DNA of 61,821 nt, filler included, from Dugesia japonica (taxonomy: Eukaryota): NCBI GenBank assembly GCA_001938525.1. It is 5 parts of 5 records of this genome, joined end to end, with 100 filler letters (N's around TTAATTAATTAA, not from the genome) between each part and the next. Parts side by side here need not be neighbours in the genome. Positions count along the whole stretch, not along the records: positions 28,437 to 37,300 come from MQRL01298600.1; positions 37,401 to 51,122 come from MQRL01632780.1; 3 more parts are not named here. One strand, given 5' to 3'. The translations under genes were made by a program, and so were the position numbers. This document shows positions 36,475 to 48,309 of the stretch, piece after piece (within the stretch, counting starts at the first letter, position 1; every line of letters starts with the position of its first letter). Under the pieces are notes generated by a model that was not told the DNA's origin, searched no databases, and saw only the letters and a list, made by a program, of their open reading frames with translations.

Positions 36475-37060
36475 TTAAGTAATATATATATATTTATAAA
36501 CCAGATCAGAACACAATTGAATTGGGGTTTTAGACTTATTACTAAACATATTTATAAGATTGCGAAACAATTTTAAAATTCCATTTATATATTTTAATAA
36601 GCCACTCTTAAATTGTTTAAATCCTTCTGAATACGGAATAGTTAATACGTAACTAAACTTATCCATCTTATTAGGGTCTTTGATAAAATATTTTCAATTT
36701 AAATTATTATTATCACTAGTATTGAGATCATTAATTTCATTATTATTTTTAAAACGATCTTATCAATAGTTTCATGATTTAATTTCTCCACAAATGATTT
36801 ACAATAGCTTCTTTTATTTAGTAAAGAAGTTAAACTTTAAATATTAACCCAAGACTTCAAATATGAAGAAGAAAGAGTCAAGAATCTATACAGAAATCCT
36901 TTAATCATATTATACTTATAACGATATTCACAAAAACTAGCAGGAGATGTATATAAACCTGTATCTGTAGATTTGTGATAAATCTCTGTTACATAATGTT
37001 TGGACTTTCTTTCTATTAAGGAAAAAAAGAAAGTTTAGATTTACATCCAATTTCTGTACT
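36475..37060 (-). mobile_element. Penelope-like retroelement relic
   Basis: VTEIYHKSTDTGLYTSPASFCEYRYKYNMIKGFLYR (post-RT thumb), LTIPYSEG, SDLVYKY (start of GIY-YIG). Confidence 0.7.
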
Positions 37061-37300
37061 GATTTTATTGCAATTTGATGAAATCAGATTTTAAAAGTAG
37101 TGTAAAAGTAACGCCAAAAATGGTAATGTAGTGACAGGCAAACAACAAAGAAAATTCATTTTAGAAGCCTTGCCTAAGAAGACTCAGGAACTTATCAATT
37201 TTAATAAGAAAATATGATAGAAAAGATGCTTCAGAAGCTACAGCATAGCTAAAAGAAATCGAAGAAATGCTTATTTTAAATGATTTAAGTTTGATGGGAA

Positions 37301-37400
37301 NNNNNNNNNNNNNNNNNNNNNNNNNNNNNNNNNNNNNNNNNNNNTTAATTAATTAANNNNNNNNNNNNNNNNNNNNNNNNNNNNNNNNNNNNNNNNNNNN
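37301..37400. other. Artificial scaffold linker N44-TTAATTAATTAA-N44
   Basis: Same 100-nt structure. Confidence 0.95.
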
Positions 37401-38299
37401 ACATTAGTCGCTTCCCATTGAATATTAACACTTATAGTTATAAGATGATAAATAAAAGTAAATAAAGAACAAAATGTTTTAAATTATTAAATAAATAGCA
37501 AATAATAAAATAATAAAATAATAGTTAATTATTCTCATACATTGTTTTTAATAATAGTTGTCATAATTTTTAAACTTTCGAATGATAAAAAATATAAATA
37601 TCAAAATATAAATAAATATAAATTGAGTTTTACCTGCGATAGATTAAATATGAAGTAAACGTTACATCAAATCGAGGGACTGACTTATAACTTGAATTTA
37701 AAAACAGTATAAAAAAACGTAATTTAGAGTATTTCAAAAATTAATTTTAGAAGCGTATCAACAGAAAGGAATAGATTAATTAAAATTATTTCAAATAAAT
37801 ATGTATTTAGTTATTAGTAAACTTTGTTTTTATAAAACATAGTTAAGTTTTCAAGGCTTAAGTTTAATAAAGTTTAGAAATTTATTAGAAAGCCTGATAT
37901 AAACAAGCAGTGAATCGTAAAATCTACATAAATCTTATAGATAAATAACAATAGTGGATTGTTTGATGTTAAATTTATGAATGCTGGATTTTCGGCGCTC
38001 AAAATCTTTTGTAAAACATTTATTCTTCAGATATAATTTTAGTTATGCTGAGAATTGAACTAACGGTTTATTATTGATTACCTATAATTAATTTACAGAA
38101 TAATAAATGATAAGCTTGATAAATTGATTAATTTACTCTTTTTATTCAACAAAATGTGACAGAATAAAAAGAAATACTAAAATGTGAAATAAACAAAAAA
38201 TAGAACGAATATCAATCTTTTCACCTTTATAATATTGAATCATTACAAGGTAATTTCTTTTAAGTTTTAATTAATTTATTTGTTTATTAATAATATATA

Positions 38300-38515
38300 A
38301 AATAAAAGCTTCTGTCAAAATTTTTGTTTTTTTATTGGTATTTGATAACAATTCAGTCGATTCCTAAAAAAGACAAAGTCAAAATATCGAATTGTTATCA
38401 AAAACCAATGAAATAAAAGAAAAATTTTGATCGAAGCTTTTATTTTAAATGAATTCTGTAAAACGATCAATGGTTATGTCAAACAATTATTCTTGCAATA
38501 ATTGCAATTGTAAAA
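38300..38515. repeat. Penelope pLTR-like repeat with partial inverted duplication
   Basis: AAAAGCTTCTGTCAAAATTTT..TTTGATAACAATTC is mirrored by GAATTGTTATCAAA..AAAATTTTGATCGAAGCTTTT. Confidence 0.6.
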
Positions 38516-39099
38516 TTATTAATTATAAGTTATCATTTATAATAATCAATCACTAAATTAAAACAACAGTAATACAATGAATTTTAAGCTTTATTTAGAC
38601 CTTAAAAGTTTTAAGAATAAGATAAATTCATCAAAAAGNAGCCATAAATTAGAGTTTTTGATTTTTTTGCAAATAAATGCCATTTAACATTACTAAATTT
38701 CCTTTTATTTTTTAAGTGATTATTTATTACAGTTTTATAATTTATTTACATTTGTAAATTAAATCGCTAAATGAAGAATCACTCACATTCAGAAGTAGTA
38801 AAAGGAAATGTTTTCATGGTGATATTTTTGTAAAACTACAATATGGGCATTTTTATCAAACTTATTCAGTTTTAAACAAAGGAATATACTTGATGACTGT
38901 AATATTACTATATGTATTAACATGTAAGTTATACATTGACTTAATTATCATTACATAATTTTGTTAGAAATAAGTTTCGTTAAATCACTAATCCTGGTGG
39001 AGGTGTTTATGTGCAGAGATTAACCACTACTATTTATTTACAACAGTGGCCTTTGTATTTTCTACATGCACAATCTTTTCACTTTTCCTCAATTAAATT

Positions 39100-39990
39100 A
39101 ACGTGACTTCTTTCCTTGTGTTGTTATTTGTATTGTTCGAATAACATCTGTGGTTGTTATTTCCGAATACATTTCAGGTCTGTTCACTTTTATTTTGATA
39201 ACTAAACTGTCTGTTCATATTTGTGTAACAGTCCTCTGTGTAGTGACCTTTCTTGTTGCATCTTGAAAAACTAACTTTGGTACAGTCTCTTCTTAAGTGT
39301 TATTCAGATCCACAAGCATAGCACTTTTCTTTCTTTCTTGACAATTTCTGCTTACATGACCCATATTGTTACATGTCCAACACGTGATTTCTCTTCTTTC
39401 GTTGTTTTTGTTCTGTTACATTCCTACATTTCGACTCTTTTTGAAATTTGTTTGTTCTGGACTTCGGCGAACGGCATCTCTGTAGTTAAGAACTACATTT
39501 ATTTCTTCAGTTTTTACTTCGTCTTGTAAATCTTACCATTCTTTTATTGCTTTAAATACATCGTCTACTTTTTGTATTTTTTTGATTTGGTTTTATGTTT
39601 AATCTTTCTGTCATTTAAACTATTCATTGTAAGCACTTTTGTTAAATCCTCTTTGTTCCATTTATGAGCCATTAACTTTTCTACCAATCCTTCAATCTTC
39701 TTCTTATAGATATTTATGTGCTCTTCATTCCTTCGATAATTTAGAGCTTACTCCATATATTTAATCATTGTTGATCCTCTAAAGCAAGCCTTTCTGAATC
39801 TTTCTTCAAATTCCAATAATTCGACTTCATTTTCATAGATTTCACACAGTTCGTTATCTATGAAAGAAACTACAATCAAACTCATATGGCTTTTCTTTAT
39901 TCCGGTTAAATCAAAATATTTCGTTGTCTTCAAAATAAATTTTTCGACATCATCGCCTGATTTGAAAATTCCAGGGCTCATGTCTTATTT
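39100..39990 (-). mobile_element. LTR-retrotransposon gag relic
   Basis: MSPGIFKSGDDVEKFI N-terminus and three CCHC knuckles (CWTCNNMGHVSRNC, CYACGSE.HLRRDC, RCNKKGHYTEDC). Confidence 0.75.
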
Positions 39991-40564
39991 TAGCAAATCC
40001 AATGATGCGTTGATTGCAATATTAGTTAAATTTAAAGTCTCACAAGTCTCCATAAAATGTTTATTGATTATTACAAATCATTTCTTGGAAATAAAAAATA
40101 TGAAATAACAATTCATAAATTTCAAACAAATAATCTGTGAAATCTTAATAAAATATTTTACAAAAATATTGATTTTTTAAATTTCAAAATAACTATTTTT
40201 AACATCATTTTAGAAAATGATTTTTTAAAATTTTATACTTTAACACATAAAATTTTGACTTTAATTTAAAATACTTTTATTTTACATATATATTTATTAA
40301 TTTTTAAGCCTAATAATTTTTAAAATTTTATAATTTAACACAAAAATGAAATTTTGAATTTAATTTAAAATATCTTTATTTTACATATATATTTATTTAT
40401 TTTTCAACCTAATAATTTTTAAAATTTTATATTTTTAAAATTTCAAAAAACCATCTTAATATTGAATATAAAAATTTAAAAATCTCAGACATCCGAAATT
40501 CATGAATCGATACTCAGAAGTTCCAAATATGGATTCATTTGTATTTAAAACTTTATCAAATGAT

Positions 40565-40822
40565 TTTTACAATTGCAATTATTGCGAGAATAATTGTTGG
40601 ACATAACCATTGATCGTTTTATAGAATTCATTTAATATAAAAGCTTTGATCAAAGCTTTGGTTTTTTTATTGATATTGGATAACAATTTGATATTTCGAC
40701 CTTGTCTTAGTCAGATATTGACTTTCTGACGAATTCCTGACGGAGACAAGGTCGAAATATCGAATTTTTATACAATATCAATAAAAAAAACCAAAATTTT
40801 GACCAAAGCTTTTATATTAAAT
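40565..40822. repeat. Hairpin of Penelope pLTR-like repeats with degenerate minimal hammerhead-like cores
   Basis: About 85-bp inverted arms; CTGACGGAGACAAGGTCGAAATATCGAAT (+) and CTGACTAAGACAAGGTCGAAATATCAAAT (-). Confidence 0.55.
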
Positions 40823-41054
40823 TAATCAAACTCCACATTATACATAATGATCATTATAATATAATAAATTAACTTTATTTTCCAATAAATCAGGATGTAT
40901 CGTAATGTGAAATATGTATTGGTTCAAGATTAATTTTTGCGAACTTTCATTATTACATATATTAAATATATTAACTTTAAAATTATTTAATTTTTCAAAT
41001 TTTTTAACATCTTCAATTCTTGCTGGAAATGTTATTTCAGTTGTATCAAATTAA

Positions 41055-41091
<37 letters not shown>

Positions 41092-41960
41092 TTACATAAG
41101 GTGCATGTTATTTTGTAAGTGATATTTTTTATGGCATATATTTCTACCATCACAAATGCATTTGGAGCTACAAAATTCTGTCTTGGTTTCTGTAATTGGA
41201 TGCCCAAAGGTGCTTGGGTTTTAAATATAATTCTTTGATAGTGTTTTAGTTTCGATTTTTTAATTATAATTTGCATGATTTGGCTACATTTTTCATTAAT
41301 AAAAGGTAATGTAATTACTGTATTTGTCTTTTGTTTGATTTTTTTAAATTCTGTATTTGAGTATAGATGTTTATATAAAATTTCTTTTGGATAACCATTA
41401 TTTAAAAATTTATTTTTTATCAACCTGAGAGAAGTCAGTCTCATTTCTTCGTTTGAAAATAGTTTTTCAGCTCTTAATCTTTCACTCTTGATTATTCCAA
41501 TTTTCTATCTGATGGTAATATTACTACTCCTGGGTAATATATGTCCACTGTAAAATGGTATTATATACAACTGGGTAAGTAATAATAACCAGGTTTCTTT
41601 TGGATTAAGGTGTCCAGAAAAGGAATCTGAAAATCGATTGACTTCTCTTATCATTAATACTATTGGCTAGTTCTAAAATATTTTCCTATGAAGAATTAGT
41701 AACAAAGAAAATATCGTCTATATATCTAAACCAAAGATATATCTTCCTCTCAGCTTTGAGAATAATTTTATTTTCAATGAAGTTCATAGAAAATATCGCT
41801 AAAATAGGCGATAAATTGTCACCGATTGCCAGACCAATTTTTTGTTTTAAAGGTTGTTTACCGATAAAATGCTGTCAGAGAATAGACACAAATTAATAAG
41901 AGATTTGAAATCCTTTTTGGTGATTTCATGGATATCTGTATGTTCTTTATATCTCTCAAA
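41055..41960 (-). mobile_element. Penelope-like RT / GIY-YIG relic adjoining and truncating the capsid gene
   Basis: GLAIGDNLSPILAIFSMNFIE, WFRYIDDIF, IPFLDTLI, FLNNGYP, ITLPFINE, NITYKITCTLCKDIYI. Confidence 0.8.
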
Positions 41961-41967
41961 GAAATCA

Positions 41968-42387
41968 CTAACAATATCGATGACATTGTTGTAAGATATA
42001 TATATTCTTACTATCACCATTATAATTTATTATAGTTTCTATCAATGCTTTGTGAAAATAAGATTCATTTCCACCTTCAATTTTGAAATTATTAAATGAA
42101 AGAATTACATCCGTAAAAAGTGTATGCAACATATAGTTACTAGGAACCGAATTTACCGTATCAGTCAAATCTTTACCATTCTTATCAACTACTTTTACTT
42201 TAATATACAATAAAGTATCATTCAAATCCAAATATTCAGTTTGAGATCCATTTATAAAAAACTCTACATCGCTTTGTAATTCAGAAATTGAATTCATAGG
42301 AAAGACATTTTCGAAAGTACCACTTTCGAAAACAGCTTGTGGAAATGGTCGATCAAAAATACATAATTCAGTTTTACCGCAAATCAT
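41968..42387 (-). pseudogene. Double-jelly-roll major capsid protein, N-terminal part
   Basis: KTELCIFDRPFPQAVFESG..PMNSI..VEFFINGSQTEYLDLNDTLLYIKVKV..NYMLHTLFTDVILSFN..YFHKALIETIINY, typical of the Polinton/adintovirus MCP N-terminus. Confidence 0.88.
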
Positions 42388-42412
42388 TTTTCAAATATTG
42401 TCACATGTCCTC

Positions 42413-42829
42413 TCATTCGTTGGTTTGTACGTGATGAGTGAGATTTTTTACGTTTTTTATCAGTTGGTTCTGTTTTAGATTGACTTTGTTAAACATATTA
42501 ATTATTTCAGATGGTATTTTATTAGTTATACTTTGTGGTAATATACCTGCTACTTTTGAAATCATACTGGTAACTCTACTAGATAAGGAAGAAACTACAT
42601 TTCCAGGTTCAGCTGATGCATTTGATTTTAATGTTGGTAGAATTTTTCCGTCATTAGCTAGTACATCCTGAGCTGCTTTCATACCAAAAGAACCAATACA
42701 TCTAAGAATAGGCAAAACAAATTTCCCTATTGTTCGTAACAAACCAGATCCATATTGTTTTCCAAGAAAGTAAGGAAATTCTCTACCTGATTGACTGGTA
42801 CTATACAACGATACAATATAAGGATTCAT
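42413..42829 (-). CDS. Conserved Polinton virion-associated protein with QxGxG motif and amphipathic helix
   Basis: QSGREFPYFLGKQYGSGLLRTIGKFVLPILRCIG..AAQDVL; located between the minor and major capsid genes. Confidence 0.72.
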   Translation of the reverse strand: MNPYIVSLYSTSQSGREFPYFLGKQYGSGLLRTIGKFVLPILRCIGSFGMKAAQDVLANDGKILPTLKSNASAEPGNVVSSLSSRVTSMISKVAGILPQSITNKIPSEIINMFNKVNLKQNQLIKNVKNLTHHVQTNE

Positions 42830-42840
42830 TATTATTTTTT

Positions 42841-44073
42841 CTAAAATGTAACTTTAAATGTGTTTTTGTTTATATATGATGAAGAAATAGGTAAATACAT
42901 TTGATTATTAACAATTATTTGTATTATCTTATCATTCTCATTTTCTTCTATCCATAGTGCTTTCAATAAAGGAACATTAACATCAGCAATTATAGGTTCA
43001 ACAATTCTACAATAGATGAACATTTCATTATAAAATTTTATAATTACAATTATTGTGAGAATAATTTTTGGACTTAACCATTGATTGGATTTGAGATTTC
43101 ATTAAAATAAGATAANNNNNNNNNNNNNNNNNNNNNNNNNNNNNNNNNNNNNNNNNNNNNNNNNNNNNNNNNNNNNNNNNNNNNNACTATTGTCGAAAAC
43201 TTGAACTTTTTACAAATAAATTTTGTTTTGATCGAAGCTTTATCTTATTTTAATGAAATTTCATTATAAAACTTTAATATTCAAGGTTTCTTATTACTTT
43301 TATATAGTAGTTTATCATTGAATTGTATTCGAGTATATTGTGATTCTTTTAATCCTCATGTTTTTGTTAGGATTTTATCGAATTTAACACTTTTAGTACT
43401 ATTTGATAATGTAAATTCAAATATTTCATTTTGCTGTAATGAAAAGGTTTTAAATAACTTTAGAAGGTGTTTCTTAAAATAGACATTTAGTTGATTTAAA
43501 TCATTTATATACAATTTGGATTCGAATTGAAAAGAATGTTTAGTTACAATCGGTAAAAATATTTAATTTTCTTTCAATTGAATCATTGTCTTTGAAGTGA
43601 TGAAAGCCTAGAAAAAAAATTTTATCTCCGAATTGTTTACTAGTATCAAAAACTAATGTGTTCTCTTAACTTACATATTCACCGATAAAACGTGAAAACC
43701 TCTTTAAAGTTTCCTGATTTTCAAAGAATAAACTGTGTTATGTAAATATTAAAACGCTTTCTTTCGATAATTTTATAACTGTTTACGTATACTTTTTATA
43801 TTTGTCTTGAGAATTAACAGTTTAAAGAACTTTTTTTAATGTTAACATCAAGTATTAGCTCCTTCTAAATTAGTTTAAATAATTCATATTCAATTAGAGT
43901 GACTATAAGATGGCATGGCTGAATATACAAAGGTGAAATTCATCAAAGAAAATTCACATCTACCATGTAAGTTGGATTTTGAAGCTCAATAATGTAATTA
44001 TTAGAAGTATTATTTGGATGAACTAGTGGACTACTATTACTAGGAAAAGTGTATAGAAATTATTAGATTTCAT
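42841..44073 (-). pseudogene. Minor capsid (penton) protein, interrupted
   Basis: N-terminal TFPSNSSPLVHPNNTSNNYIIELQNP..HGRCEFSL and C-terminal MFIYCRIVEPII..VPLLKAL..QMYLPISSSYI; insertion at 43036-43257. Confidence 0.8.
43036..43257. mobile_element. Penelope pLTR-like insertion in the penton gene
   Basis: Same repeat family as 6735 and 40565; flanked by the direct repeat ATTTCATTATAAAA (43022-43035, 43258-43271). Confidence 0.6.
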
Positions 44074-44074
44074 C

Positions 44075-44465
44075 GTAGTTTGCGACTTGTTAATATCCAA
44101 CTTAGTTTTTGTATCCACTCCATTTTACATAGTATTGTTAATTCTTTACAGTTTATTTGATTAAAATGGAACATCTTTTGCAAATCTATTGAATACAACA
44201 ATAAAAGACAAAATATACTAGTAAACTTTATTAATCTTTGAATATGGAATCATTTCTATTAGATAAATTTACCATAAATCATATATATCATATGCTTCAT
44301 ATGCTTTTGTAGTAAATCTTTTCAACATTGATTTGTTCAGACTGTTCACTAGCTGATTCGATAACCACTTTTTCGTCTTTCTTTTCGATTTTTAGCTGCT
44401 TTCATCAATTTTCCTATGCCTCGAAAACCTGCATGGATTTTTGGATCCGTTTATATTGTCTTCAT
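44075..44465 (-). pseudogene. Polinton retroviral-like integrase remnant (catalytic core deleted)
   Basis: N-terminal TDPKIHAGFRGIGKLMKAAK..KKWLSNQ fused almost directly to the C-terminal part ending in chromodomain-like KQYYVKWSGY..SW. Confidence 0.65.
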
Positions 44466-44917
44466 TTTTGTCTTCATTACAACAATTTGATGTAAATTTC
44501 AAGTCAAAGTTAGGTAATGATTGCAATCCATCCATTTTTCATTTGAGTAAATTCTAATGTAATTATTATTATTAAAGTCAACCATTGTTTATTTGAAATG
44601 AGCTAAGCCTAATGCAGCCAATGCAATTGGTAACAATACTGTTATAAATCCACCACCTTAATTGTTCATACTCGTCTCATTCATTTTCTATTTTTTGTGT
44701 TTACAAGCGTTAATAAAGTTTTTCTTTTTAGCTGCACTCAAATCTACATTAACACGAACAATATTTATAATAATATGAAATTTCCTATGCGATTGTTCCT
44801 TCTTTTTTCCATTATATTTCATCTCAAAAGATATTTTTTGACATTTAACAATACCATCAGTTACTTGATCAACTATAAATTTCTTTAATTTTGTCATTTT
44901 TGTAATATTATGAAAAA

Positions 44918-45341
44918 TTACCTATTTTGTTTAAATAATATTGCACGTTTAAATTGCGTGTTCTATGACTACCTCCTTGATGAAATAAATTTTGAGTAAT
45001 AAATATCACCTTCACATTACGGTGTCTCGATATCTCTGTGAATAAATTATTGAAATCTTTTTCTTTATTTGCCTCCTGAAATGGATCATCAACAACAATA
45101 ACATCACCTTGTCCTAATCTTTTACTCCAAACTTTATCAAATCAATTTATAATTTGCATTTTAATATTACAAATTTCAGATTTATTCAGTCCATGCTCCC
45201 TATCTGTACCTCTATGCCAGTACATGTTTTAAATTTAGACTTAAATAACTTTGATTTCAATAATTGACATACAAACAAATTTTTCCCGCCACTACTAAGT
45301 CCTACAATTTGATAGACTGAGTCATTTCTTAATCTCTCCAT
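44918..45341 (-). pseudogene. Packaging ATPase (copy 2), 3' part deleted
   Basis: SVYQIVGLSSGGKNLFV, DVIVVDDPFQEANKEKDFNNLFTEISRHRNVKVIFITQNLFHQGG. Confidence 0.85.
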
Positions 45342-45448
45342 CTTGCTTTTCTTTAATTTGTTCATAATTTATTACATTGTTTATATTTGTTTTACCGAAT
45401 AATTTAAATTAACTCCATCAAAATCCTAATTTTCTTCATTTATTCATT

Positions 45449-45972
45449 ATGATAACCAATATTAATTACAGAGGTGAAGTGTCGCAAAACGTAACAAAGA
45501 AAATGAGCTTTTTTATAGGTAAGCCATGTCAATTTAAAATAAAAATGATAAATATACAATTATTTACTTAAGATCAGGAAAATGTAGAATAATGGGTTGT
45601 AAGAAACCCTTGGAACCGTATGATTTGAACCCCTATGATATAGAAAATTTATAATTACAATTGCTAACAATTGTCGTAAATATAGGAGTTTCAATAAATC
45701 TGTATAAATTAGCAAGCATAGTGAACTGTTGGTTAGAACCACAGTTAATTCCTTTTCTAAGACTTGTAAAATATGACCCTTTATGTGTAAATGTATTCTC
45801 AACAGGAAAACAAGTGATATTAGAATTTTAAATTTGTATTTTCAAGAATATGTGAATAACATTAGTTCAGATTTATTCAATTTGCTTGATAAAATTTTAA
45901 AAATTCGCAACACGGATGCAAAACGTTAACATTTGAAGTACGAAAAATATCAATTTAAATGTAGATATTTAA
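45449..45972 (+). pseudogene. TBP-like gene (copy 2)
   Basis: MITNINYRGEVSQNVTKKMSF..IIYLRSGKCRIMGCKKP..IVVNIGVSINLYKLASIVNCWLEPQLIPFLRLVKYDPLCVNVFSTGKQVIL; frameshifts and stops at positions different from copy 1. Confidence 0.8.
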
Positions 45973-46057
45973 ATTTCCAATTATTAATATATTGCGTTGT
46001 GGATTTTTATTATGCATATATATATAATGCATTTCATTATTATTTCTTGTAATTAAA

Positions 46058-46345
46058 ATGAAGAAAATAAAGAAAATGGAAGAACAATTTAGTAAAAGAT
46101 GTTGGGCATTTGTAAATTTTATTAATAAATTTAATTTAGAAATGCTTACAAACATATTGGCAAAACGCGGGATGCTTGATGAAGAAAGAAAACCAATGCT
46201 CCTGGACTCTGTAGTTAACCAGTAAATGAATGCTGATTTTTGCGAGCCTGATGGTATCAGGTGCGCAAAGTTTAATCTGGTGGTCGCTATGGTAACGCAT
46301 CAAATTGAACTACAGATTTATAATAATTATTTTTGTTATTATTGT
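46058..46345 (+). pseudogene. Homolog of hypothetical protein 31653-31970
   Basis: KFNLEMLTNILAKRGMLDEERKPMLLDSVVNQ*MNADFCEPDGIRCAKFNL..YNNYFCY. Confidence 0.65.
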
Positions 46346-48309
46346 TGGGGTGATATCTTCAGGGGCTCAAAATGGGGTGCCAAGAAGAAATAATACTTGG
46401 AAAATTAAAAACAAGAAATAATAAATACCAATTTATCAATAATTATAAGAGGGGCCGGAAAAAAGAATTATAAAAGACAAATATTATAATAAGCCACTGG
46501 CGAATAATTGTAATTAAGAAAATTATAATTTATTATCTAAAAATGGGAAATTATTATGAAAATATAATCTAAAATTAACAAGAAAATTAATTTATTTTTT
46601 TTTAAAAAATTAATTGATAAAAATCAGTTTAAAAAGAATATCTGCGCTCAGGAAAGTTAGAAGAAGATCGTGATAGAAAATCCCAATCCAAAATGATTCG
46701 GTGCAATTGAATGTTCCAACAGGAGAAAGTTACCAACCTCAGAAAGATCTGAAAAAAGCGTTTTAAGATTTGACCAATGGTAAACCAGAAAATAAAAAAG
46801 AAACAAAGAAGGAAAAGTCAGTCGGTTCTCTAAAAACAGGCACCAATAAAGCAGCTGAAAAGTATGAAAATTTATAGAGAAATAGAAACAGCAGCAATAA
46901 GAGGGGTTAAAACAAAAACTAAAATAGATGAATAATGAAAGCCAAGTCGGGTTGTATCAAGAATCGTATAAAAACCCCCTAAAAACCAAGTGTTTTCACC
47001 CCTAAAAAAATCTTAATTTAAACAGCTAAAAAATTTTTAGAAACAATTTTCAGTGGAAGAATCGTGGATTATAAATTATCGATTGAAATAAGATAAACAA
47101 CAACACTTGGAACATTTTATTGAATTCGATTAGCAATATTAATAAAGAAAAAGGACTTACCTTGTGTAATCTCCGTTGAAGAAAATAATTACGCATCAGT
47201 AAGTAAAAGTTTCATTGTCATTAATTTTTAATGAATAATCTCCATAAAATAAATGTTCTTGAAATTTCAATTTTAGAGTTTTTATTTTTTTACTTGATGT
47301 TGAAATCGATAATACCCTAAAATTGCCCCCAAACACAGAGATTCGTTAAAATTTGTCATTGTAGCAACCATCTATCGGTAATTGCAAAGGCCTTGTTATG
47401 AGAAATAATCCATCGTTAATTGGAAATTATGTCATAAGTTCTTTGTATTGTATTTCATTACTCCAATATGTCAATTCCATGTTTAACAGCATTATGCTGC
47501 TTGTTCCTGTTTTTTCTACTCGCATTCTGTAGAATTTAATATGAAATAGTTTGTTGTCAGATATCTACTGACACCTCAGATATGAACAATTACGTTATCT
47601 TTCATACCGATTTATATGGGAGTAATCAGTGTCTACTCAGCAGATGTCGATTTTTCACTCATAAGATAAAAAAGGANTACCTGAGACAGCATATTCGGCG
47701 TTTAATGACTAAGCATTTATTTTCGTTCTTATTTCCGAATAATTTGGTTGATCAATTGTTCATGCCTGCATCTACTACTATTTATTTTGATTGGGATTCC
47801 CCGTCCGCAATATTAATGGATAATTACTAAAATTGCCGAGTATTATGATTTTTCAGACCGTGTTATAGCAACTTACATCTATAGGACTTACCAAATCCAA
47901 AATTTTATTCCCGCCAACATCTAATTTTGGAGTAAGATTGAACTCGGCAAATGATACTCGGAATGTGTATATTTCTGCTATTACGATCATATCGTAGTCA
48001 TCATTATGCTCGATATCACTACAATTAAATTTTATTATTATTATAATTACTAATATGAATATTTTCATTAATACAATTTGTATTATTATGAACAGTAATT
48101 ATTAGGGCAATTATTATTTGTATGAATGTTATCATTATTATTATTGCTGAGGCTATTTTCCTTACTGCCATAGCTGTTATTATACATTAGTATTCTTCTC
48201 ATTATTAGCCGTATTATTATCATTGTTATAAAACAGTTATAAATTGATATATAAACTTTGTCTAAATATTATCAGTTTTGTAATTATAATTTGAATTTTA
48301 ATAAATAAA

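Larger units (their letters stand above)
41968..46345. mobile_element. Decayed Polinton/adintovirus-like endogenous virus (copy 2): MCP, QxGxG protein, minor capsid, integrase, small proteins, ATPase, TBP-like, hypothetical
   Basis: Tightly packed intronless genes; 44490-46340 is colinear with the reverse complement of 31653-34000. Confidence 0.88.

Noticed and set aside
46344-47335. Possible TIR or LTR pair (TGTTGGGGTGATA.. / ..TTGCCCCCAAACA)
   Set aside because: The match is short and imperfect with no TSD or coding remnant; it may be an insertion truncating copy 2 but cannot be supported.
47853-48068. Small secreted-peptide-like ORF (MKIFILVIIIIIKFNCSD..)
   Set aside because: The hydrophobic start derives from ATT/ATA low-complexity sequence; no other support.
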